Source: Nitrospinales bacterium | Lineage (GTDB): Bacteria; Nitrospinota; Nitrospinia; Nitrospinales; VA-1 | Assembly: GCA_965223795.1 (NCBI GenBank) | Contig: CBDCXL010000002.1 | Span: forward strand, 1,184,001 to 1,248,000 | Reading direction: 5' to 3' | DNA: 64,000 nucleotides | In this document: positions 57,337 through 64,000 of the stretch, piece after piece | Numbering within the stretch: position 1 is the stretch's first letter | How the letters are laid out: each line of letters starts with the position of its first letter | Made by a program: the position numbers and the translations under genes | The notes under the pieces: generated by a model | The model's input: the letters and a program-made list of their open reading frames with translations, nothing else | Databases searched by the model: none | Told to the model about the DNA's origin: nothing

Positions 57337-57353
57337 GGAAAATCTTAAAATCG

Positions 57354-59180
57354 TCAGAGGATCGCCAGGAAATTGCAGGCCTCGTAACAGGCGTTGCAGT
57401 TGATGCACAGATCCATGTCGATGTGCGCGGCGACTTTGCGGGTGCCGCCGGTGATGGCGCCGGTGGGACAGGGCTTGATGCAGGCCCCGCAGGCGACGCA
57501 CTCTTCCTCTTTCACGTAGTAGCGGTACAGCCCGGTGCATTTGGCGGCGTCGCAGATCTGATCGACGATGTGGCGCTCGTATTCCTTGCGGAAATACTTG
57601 ATGCCGGTCAGCACGCATTTGACCGCCGTTTCGCCGAGACCGCACAACGATGTGACGTTGATCTCCTCGCACAGGGCCTCGAGTTTGTCGAGGTCTTCCA
57701 TCTTGCCGCGGCCCTCGGAGATGTCGTCGAGCTTGTTCTTGATCAGCGACAGGCCGATTCTGCAGGGCGTGCATTTACCACAAGTCTCGCCTTCGTTGAA
57801 GCCCATGGAAAACTTGGCCAGGTCGATCACGCAGGCGGAATTGTCGTAGGCGGAAAAGCTCGCCTGCCCCATCAGCACGCCGGCGTCGAGCAGGCTCTCG
57901 TAGTCCATGGTGATGTCGGCCTTCTCCGGAGGCAGGAACCCGCCGGTGACGCCGCCCACATGGATGACCTTGAGTTCTTTTTTCTTCACGATGCCGCCGC
58001 AGATGTCGTCGATGACCTGGCGGAAGGTGAGCCCCATGTCGAGCTCCATCAGTCCGTTGTACTTGAGGTTGCCGGCGATGGCCCAGGTCTTGACGCCCTT
58101 GGCGTTGGGTGTGCCGAATCCGCCGTACCAGTCGGCGCCCTTGCGGATGATGGGCGGCACGGACGCCCAGGTCTCGGCGTTGTTGAGCAGCGTCGGCCGG
58201 CCCCACAGTCCCTTTTCGGTGGAGTGCGGCGGCTGCGCCTTGGGAAAGGGCCGCTTGCCTTCGATGGAGGCCATGAGCGCGGTGGATTCGCCGCCGATGA
58301 ACGCCTCGATGCCTTCGTGGATGGAGATGTCGATGGAAAAATCGGTGCCCAGGATGTTCTTGCCGAGCAGGTTGCGCTCCTTGGCCTGCTCGATCGCCAT
58401 GTTGAGCCGCTTCACGGCGATGGCGTAATCGGAACGGGTGTAGATGATGCCTTCGGTCGCGCCGATGGCGTAAGCGCCGATGATGAGGCCTTCGAGCATC
58501 TGGTGCGGGCTGCCTTCCATGACGCTGCGGTCCATGTAGGAGGCCGGGTTGCCTTCGTCGCCGTTGACCAGGATGTAGCGCACGCCGTCGGGCGTGAACG
58601 CCTTGGAGGCTTTCTCCCATTTGTGGCCGGTGACGAAACCGCCGCCGCCCTTGCCGCGCAGGCCGGATTTTTTGATCTCTTCGATCACTTCGGCGGGCTT
58701 CATGCCGGTGATGACTTTCTTCAGCGCCTCGTAGCCGCCGACGGCGATGTATTCGTCGATGTTTTCCGGATCGATGGCGCCGCCGAATTCCATGGCCACG
58801 CGGTCCTGCTTTTTGAGCTGCTCGTAATAGTCTTCCTTGGCGGCGGCCTTCTTGAACACCTTGCCGCCGACAATATGATCCTTGAGGATCTTGGAGACCA
58901 TGTCGGGCTTCACTTTTTCGTAGGTGACGCGCGGCTCACCGGGGACGTACACGTCCACCAGGACATCGCGGCTGCAGTAACCGCGGCAGCCCACCTGGCC
59001 CATGTTGCACTGCCGGTCGCCCAGCTCGGCGTTGGCTTCCATGGCGGCGATCTGTTTTTCGAATTCCGCGTACACTTCCTTGCCGCCCTCGGCCACGCCG
59101 CTCAGGCTGAGGCAGACGGTGATTTTGACCGTACCTTGTTTTTCCGCAGTCGCTTGGGCTTGTTCCTGAACCGCTTCCAT
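57354..59180 (-). CDS. Long NuoF/HydB-like FMN-NAD(P)H-binding Fe-S subunit
   Basis: SGLRGKGGGGF.TG.KW, N.DEG.P...MDR, PT..NN.ET, CGKCTPCR..SLCGLG, and two C-terminal CxxCxxCxxxC motifs. Confidence 0.92.
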   Translation of the reverse strand: MEAVQEQAQATAEKQGTVKITVCLSLSGVAEGGKEVYAEFEKQIAAMEANAELGDRQCNMGQVGCRGYCSRDVLVDVYVPGEPRVTYEKVKPDMVSKILKDHIVGGKVFKKAAAKEDYYEQLKKQDRVAMEFGGAIDPENIDEYIAVGGYEALKKVITGMKPAEVIEEIKKSGLRGKGGGGFVTGHKWEKASKAFTPDGVRYILVNGDEGNPASYMDRSVMEGSPHQMLEGLIIGAYAIGATEGIIYTRSDYAIAVKRLNMAIEQAKERNLLGKNILGTDFSIDISIHEGIEAFIGGESTALMASIEGKRPFPKAQPPHSTEKGLWGRPTLLNNAETWASVPPIIRKGADWYGGFGTPNAKGVKTWAIAGNLKYNGLMELDMGLTFRQVIDDICGGIVKKKELKVIHVGGVTGGFLPPEKADITMDYESLLDAGVLMGQASFSAYDNSACVIDLAKFSMGFNEGETCGKCTPCRIGLSLIKNKLDDISEGRGKMEDLDKLEALCEEINVTSLCGLGETAVKCVLTGIKYFRKEYERHIVDQICDAAKCTGLYRYYVKEEECVACGACIKPCPTGAITGGTRKVAAHIDMDLCINCNACYEACNFLAIL

Positions 59181-59647
59181 TTGATAGGATCTCCTAAAAA
59201 AGCATGGACCCGAATTTGATTTATTGAGATTGCCTCCCGACGGGGGAGCGCATCCGATTCAAACCGTTTGATAACCTATGATTTTAACATCAATCGGCTT
59301 CCCCACCTAGCCGGAAAACCCTTCCGATTCTAGTCACCGTTTCGGGGGTTGTCAACGCTAAGCGGTCGAAGCCGCATGGAATCTCCGCACCGAAATCCCC
59401 GGCTTTTTAGCCGGTTACAGCCAGCGGCCTGCGGGGAAGCCGTTGAGCCCGCTTGCGCTTCGATGTCCGCCGTTTCGAAGGGCGCGCGGGAATGCCTTTG
59501 CATCCGGCCCGCGATCTCGCTCTACTTGCCTGATTTTCCGTGAGTTTTCGGCGCAGCACGAAACCGGGCCGCAGGTTGCCGAACGACCGCTGCGTTACAA
59601 TTTCTGCAAAGCGATCTCAGCCCTGCCGGTGTGATCCACCGCCCTTC

Positions 59648-60712
59648 TTACGGCGTGAGCCGGCCGATCTTGCTGTTGAACTGCCCGCGGAAATAACGGC
59701 CGGTTTCGACGAACCAGACGTTGCCGTCTTTATCCAGCGTCAGCGCGTTGGGATGCGCTTTCTTCGTGGGGATTGCAAACTCCTGCATCCCCTCGTGCGT
59801 TCCGGGCTTCGCCTTGCCCAGATCCAGAAGGCCGATGCTGTTGGCGTGGTTGAGCGCCACCCAGATGCGGTTGCGCCGATCGTCCACGACGAGATCGTGC
59901 GTGCCCTTGCGCTTTCCGGGAAGCGGGTATTCCACCAGCTTCGGCGCGCCGCCGTCGAGGTCCAGCCGCGTGATCTTGTTGGCGAAAAACTGGGTGAACC
60001 AGATGCCGCCGTCTTGCGACTTGGTCATGGCGTGCGGCACCGAGCGCTCGGGAGGCACGGCGATCTCTTCAACCACTTTGCCGGTGCTCATGTCGAGTGC
60101 GGCGACTTTGTTGAAAAACACCTTGGCCCAGAACTTGCCGCCCTGGGTGTACCAGATCTTGCCGTTGTCGATCACCAGATCGTGCGGATGGCCCGGATTG
60201 ACGGGGTGCTCTTTGATTTCGCCGGAGGCGGGATCGAGCCGTGCGATCTTGTCGGTTTCAAACTGGGCGAACCAGATGCCGCCGTCCTCCGCTTCGACGA
60301 GGTGGTGCGGTTCGCTTTTGGGCGTGGGGATGGGATACTCCTGAATCGCTCCGGTCTTGGGGTCGAGGCGGCCGATGCGGTTGCCGTTCATCTCGGAAAA
60401 CCACACCGTGCCGTTTCGGGCAACCATGATGGCGTTGGGCTGGCTGTTCTTTTGCGGCAGAGCGTATTCGGTGATGCCTTTGGACGTCCCGGCCTCCACC
60501 TTCGCCGGGTCGAGCCTGCCGATCCGGCCCGCGTTGATCATGGTGAACCATAAGATCCCATCGTTGTCGAACGCCAGTCCCGCCGGGCTGCTGTCGGCGG
60601 TGGGCGTGACGTACTCCTCGATGTTCGCGGCCTGGGCGGACTGGGCCAAAAACAACAAAACAGCGGCGGCGAACGTCCGCGCGCGGCGGAAAGCCGGGTT
60701 GTGCGGTGCCAT
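59648..60712 (-). CDS. Secreted Vgb (virginiamycin B lyase)-like beta-propeller protein
   Basis: Repeats such as DG.IWF....N.IGRLDP..G...EY; signal peptide ending AQA. Confidence 0.88.
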   Translation of the reverse strand: MAPHNPAFRRARTFAAAVLLFLAQSAQAANIEEYVTPTADSSPAGLAFDNDGILWFTMINAGRIGRLDPAKVEAGTSKGITEYALPQKNSQPNAIMVARNGTVWFSEMNGNRIGRLDPKTGAIQEYPIPTPKSEPHHLVEAEDGGIWFAQFETDKIARLDPASGEIKEHPVNPGHPHDLVIDNGKIWYTQGGKFWAKVFFNKVAALDMSTGKVVEEIAVPPERSVPHAMTKSQDGGIWFTQFFANKITRLDLDGGAPKLVEYPLPGKRKGTHDLVVDDRRNRIWVALNHANSIGLLDLGKAKPGTHEGMQEFAIPTKKAHPNALTLDKDGNVWFVETGRYFRGQFNSKIGRLTP

Positions 60713-60827
60713 GACGAATTCCTCCTGATGGAAGCAGATTGAGGTTGATTGCGGTATGGCTTAAATATAAACTCTTACCTCAAAGTCACAACCCCGATTT
60801 TTCATTTCCCCTTCCGGTTGACACTCT

Positions 60828-62390
60828 ATGATCAAAACCACGGTTCACCATGAAGATCCACTGACGCACAAAACACCCTGTCTCATCGTTTTCTGCCCGG
60901 AGGAAGCCAAACCGGGCAAATTTCTCAAACAGATCGACTCCCGCCTCAACGGCGCGGTGACAGCCGCTTACAAAGACAAGCGCTTCGAAGGCAAGCCGCA
61001 GCAGACGCTGTGCCTGAACGCGATGGGCGCGCTGGGGGCGGAGCACGTTCTGTTGGCGGGGATCGGCGCCGTTAAAACACTCAACGTGGAGACCGTGCGC
61101 CAGGCGGCGGGATGCGCCGCGAAAGCGGCGGAGCAGGCGCGCATGGCGAAGGCTTCGTTTTATCTGGAGGACGCCTCCGTGGGCAAGGCGTTCGCCGGCG
61201 GTAAAAACAAGGATCACGCCGCCGGTGCGGTGACGGAAGGGAGCCTTCTGGCGCTCTATCACTTCGATCATTACAAAAGCGCGGACGACGGCGACAAGCC
61301 GAGCCGCCTCGAAGCGGTCGCGCTGTTGTGCGATGCGAAAGCACAGGTGGCCGCCGCCAGGGCCGCGATGGACAAGGCACGCGCCCTGGCCCAGGCGGTG
61401 TGCCTGACCCGCGATCTCATCCTGCACCCGTCCAACCGGGCCACGCCTTCGTACCTCGCGCAGCAGGCGCGCGCGATCGCGAAGAAACCGAAAGTCACCT
61501 GCAAGGTGCTCGGCGAAAAGGAAATGAAGAAGCTCGGCATGGGCTCGTTTCTCGGCGTGTCCAAGGGCAGCCACGAGCCGCCGGCGTTCATCGTGCTGGA
61601 GTATTCGGGCGGCAAAAAATCCGACGCTCCCGTGGTGATCGTGGGCAAGGCGGTGACCTTCGACACGGGCGGCATCTCGCTCAAGCCGCCCGCCAACATG
61701 GATGAGATGAAGATGGACATGTCCGGCGGCGCGGTGACGCTGGGGACGCTTCAGGCGGCGGCGGACCTCAAGCTGCCGATCAACGTGGTGGGACTGGTGC
61801 CGGCGACGGAAAACATGCCGGGCGGTTCGGCGACCAAGCCGGGGGACGTTCTCACCAGCATGTCGGGGAAAACCATCGAGGTGCTCAACACCGACGCGGA
61901 GGGCCGGCTGATCCTGGCGGACGCGCTGAGCTACGCGGCGCGCTACAAGCCCAAAGCGCTGATCGACCTGGCCACGCTGACCGGAGCGGTGATCGTGGCG
62001 CTGGGGCATTACGCGGCGGCGGTGATCGGCAACGACGACGGCCTGATCGAAAAACTCAAAAACAGCGGCGAGGAAACGGGCGAGCGTGTGTGGCCGCTGC
62101 CGCTGTGGGACGAGCACGACAAGGCGGTCAAGGGAACGATCGCGGATCTGAAAAACATCGCCGCGCCGGGCGTCGGGGCGGGCACGATCATGGGCGCGGC
62201 GTTTTTAAAGCCGTTCGCCGGAGAGGGCCCGTGGACCCACATCGACATCGCGGGGACTTCCTGGTCGGGCGAGGAAAAACCCTACGTCCCCAAAGGCGCG
62301 TCGGGATTCGGGGTGCGCCTGCTGACGCATTTTCTCGAACAGGAAGCGAACGCGGGCAAACCGAAACGCAAAAGCGCGCGCAAAAAATAA
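60828..62390 (+). CDS. pepA: Leucyl aminopeptidase (M17)
   Basis: VGKAVTFDTGGISLK, MKMDMSG, NTDAEGRLILADAL and HIDIAG motifs. Confidence 0.97.
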   Translation: MIKTTVHHEDPLTHKTPCLIVFCPEEAKPGKFLKQIDSRLNGAVTAAYKDKRFEGKPQQTLCLNAMGALGAEHVLLAGIGAVKTLNVETVRQAAGCAAKAAEQARMAKASFYLEDASVGKAFAGGKNKDHAAGAVTEGSLLALYHFDHYKSADDGDKPSRLEAVALLCDAKAQVAAARAAMDKARALAQAVCLTRDLILHPSNRATPSYLAQQARAIAKKPKVTCKVLGEKEMKKLGMGSFLGVSKGSHEPPAFIVLEYSGGKKSDAPVVIVGKAVTFDTGGISLKPPANMDEMKMDMSGGAVTLGTLQAAADLKLPINVVGLVPATENMPGGSATKPGDVLTSMSGKTIEVLNTDAEGRLILADALSYAARYKPKALIDLATLTGAVIVALGHYAAAVIGNDDGLIEKLKNSGEETGERVWPLPLWDEHDKAVKGTIADLKNIAAPGVGAGTIMGAAFLKPFAGEGPWTHIDIAGTSWSGEEKPYVPKGASGFGVRLLTHFLEQEANAGKPKRKSARKK

Positions 62391-62434
62391 CACGTCTGGT
62401 TAGACTTCATTGTTAAAGCGGAGACGCGGAGCCC

Positions 62435-62920
62435 TTGCCCAGTTTCTTCATCGTTTTTTTGCATCTTTCGGCCGCGGCGGTGGCCATCGGCAGCCTGGCC
62501 TACGGTCTGATGGTGCTGCTGCCGGCAGTGGAAAAAGAGGCAACGTCGAAGCCCGATGAAAACGCCCCCGCCTACAAAATCCTCACGACGCTGCAACCCA
62601 CGGTGTTCGTGTCGCTGCTCATCCTGGTGGGAACCGGCATCTACACGCTGCTGACCCAGTATTCGCGCCAGGGCGAACTGCCTTCCAGCTATTACGACAT
62701 TCTTGGGATCAAGATGGTGTTTGCGCTGACGGCGGTGGCGCTCAGCCTGTACCAGACCTTTTCACTGCGGCCGCAGATTTCCGACCTGGACATCCGCCCG
62801 GAAAAACGCAAGCAGATTCCCGCCGTGCTCAAGCGCATGCGCACGTTGAGCCAGCTCACGCTGACGGCGGCGGCGGCGGCACTGTTTCTCGGTGTCTGGC
62901 TGGCGCGCATCGCGGGATAA
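62435..62920 (+). CDS. 4-TM membrane protein, CopD/DUF4149-like
   Basis: LH......IG, L..TG and L..K helical pattern. Confidence 0.65.
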   Translation: MPSFFIVFLHLSAAAVAIGSLAYGLMVLLPAVEKEATSKPDENAPAYKILTTLQPTVFVSLLILVGTGIYTLLTQYSRQGELPSSYYDILGIKMVFALTAVALSLYQTFSLRPQISDLDIRPEKRKQIPAVLKRMRTLSQLTLTAAAAALFLGVWLARIAG

Positions 62921-63018
62921 CGTGACGCCCCCGCCGTAATCGAAAAAGATGCAATTAAGCATTGAGGGTGAAGAACGATTTGGGTAGCATGAAGTAGGAC
63001 CTGCAAACGAGACCCGCC

Positions 63019-63318
63019 ATGAACGAAGAACAATCCAACCCCACGCCTGAACCGCAGGAAGCCGCGGACACGCCGCAAACGCCTGCGGAGCCTGTCGAGA
63101 CCGGAGACGCCGCGTCCGCCAGCGATCCCCACACGCACGAGATCGACCTCAACCCGCTGTTTCCCGGTGAGGACAAGGACCTGAACGCGCTGTTTCCGGA
63201 CCAGGAGATGAAACAGTTCTTAAAAAGCCTGAGCCGCAATAAGAAGGATCTGTCGGCGCTCAACGAACGCTTCATCCAGGAAAACCAGCGCGACGAAACT
63301 CCGGAAGAATCCATTTGA
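63019..63318 (+). CDS. Acidic hypothetical protein
   Basis: Typical codon usage; internal repeat DLNPLFP/DLNALFP. Confidence 0.65.
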   Translation: MNEEQSNPTPEPQEAADTPQTPAEPVETGDAASASDPHTHEIDLNPLFPGEDKDLNALFPDQEMKQFLKSLSRNKKDLSALNERFIQENQRDETPEESI

Positions 63319-63404
63319 CGGCAACCGCAGGCTCGCGGTGACACTCATGCCTGCGATGCGGCAGGGGTGCGTGCATTGTACGGAGATTGGCGTTGCGTTG
63401 CGGA

Positions 63405-64000
63405 TCAGAGTTCGTGCTGCGGGACTTTCGGCGGGTGCGCCGGAGGCGGCTGACGGGGAGCGTAGTCGCGCTGGGAATGCGAAGAAGGGCTTTTTTTCCT
63501 TTTGATCACGGCGATGACGTTGGTGATGTGATCGTAGCCCATCTGATCCCTGAGCTCGGCGAAGGTCTCCTGGGCGTGGGTGAAGTTTTCCAGCGCCAGA
63601 GGCAGCTCTTCGGTTTTCCAGTAGAACTGGCCGATCGCTTCGTACACCTTGGCGCGGTCGCGGTGCACGGGCGCTTTCGCAATGGCCGTCTGCGCTTTCT
63701 GATACCACTCTTTGGCGGGAGCCCTCTGGTCCAGGCTCATGTATAAATCGCCAATGTCCTTGAGGGCCCGGCCTTCTCCCAGAGAGTCCTGATTCTGCGT
63801 GTGGAATTTCACCGCTTCCTTATAACTGGTTTCCGCTTCTTCGGGTTCGTTGGCGAATTTATAGAGATCGCCCAGCGATTCGTAGGTCTTCGCCACGCGT
63901 TTGAAATTTTTTCGGGCTTCAAAAAGCACGATGGCTTTGCGGTAGTTGTCCGCGCCCTTGGCGAACTCGTGGTAAAAATAATTCTCCGAAGCTTGCTGCA
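63405..64000 (-). CDS. TPR protein; 5' end lies outside the window
   Basis: Frame is open to the window edge; TPR-like helices (A..YESLGDLY, ALKDIGDLY, VYEAIGQFY). Confidence 0.85.
   Translation of the reverse strand, partial: QQASENYFYHEFAKGADNYRKAIVLFEARKNFKRVAKTYESLGDLYKFANEPEEAETSYKEAVKFHTQNQDSLGEGRALKDIGDLYMSLDQRAPAKEWYQKAQTAIAKAPVHRDRAKVYEAIGQFYWKTEELPLALENFTHAQETFAELRDQMGYDHITNVIAVIKRKKSPSSHSQRDYAPRQPPPAHPPKVPQHEL

Noticed and set aside
59268..59295. FNR box TTGAT..ATCAA upstream of the nuoF-like gene
   Set aside because: The half-sites are 16 nt apart rather than 4.
59648..60712. Antibiotic-resistance call (vgb)
   Set aside because: Only the propeller fold is evident and the protein appears secreted; lyase activity cannot be inferred.

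Overview
GC-rich bacterial chromosomal segment with about 63 protein genes and one tRNA-Leu(TAA). No rRNA, integrase, transposase, cas or phage genes were seen. The gene mix (dihaem cytochrome c/EbdC-type protein, 28-aa LRR proteins, many secreted TPR proteins, orphan nuoB and nuoF-like genes) suggests a Nitrospina-like (Nitrospinota) organism; this is inference only. Recognisable modules: a hybrid kinase/response-regulator pair; a DUF1566/cytochrome c/CXXCH-HExxH gene run; a stress cluster (phrB, selO, msrA, DnaJ-MORN, GIY-YIG); a BON-OmpA plus coiled-coil-HhH pair resembling mycobacterial arfA/arfC; an Fe-S repair/NO-stress neighbourhood (nfu, rrf2, ric, FIST, hemY); hutG-hutU-hutI without hutH; and pepA. 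The most unusual signal is non-coding: four (perhaps five) co-oriented mini-arrays with a ~78-79 bp period between 5.9 and 19.3 kb. Each unit has a covarying 4-bp hairpin plus a TGCTCACG box. Three arrays start exactly after a TGA stop or the tRNA 3' end, and the last lies just upstream of a GIY-YIG nuclease gene. All product calls come from motif recognition by eye, not database searches.
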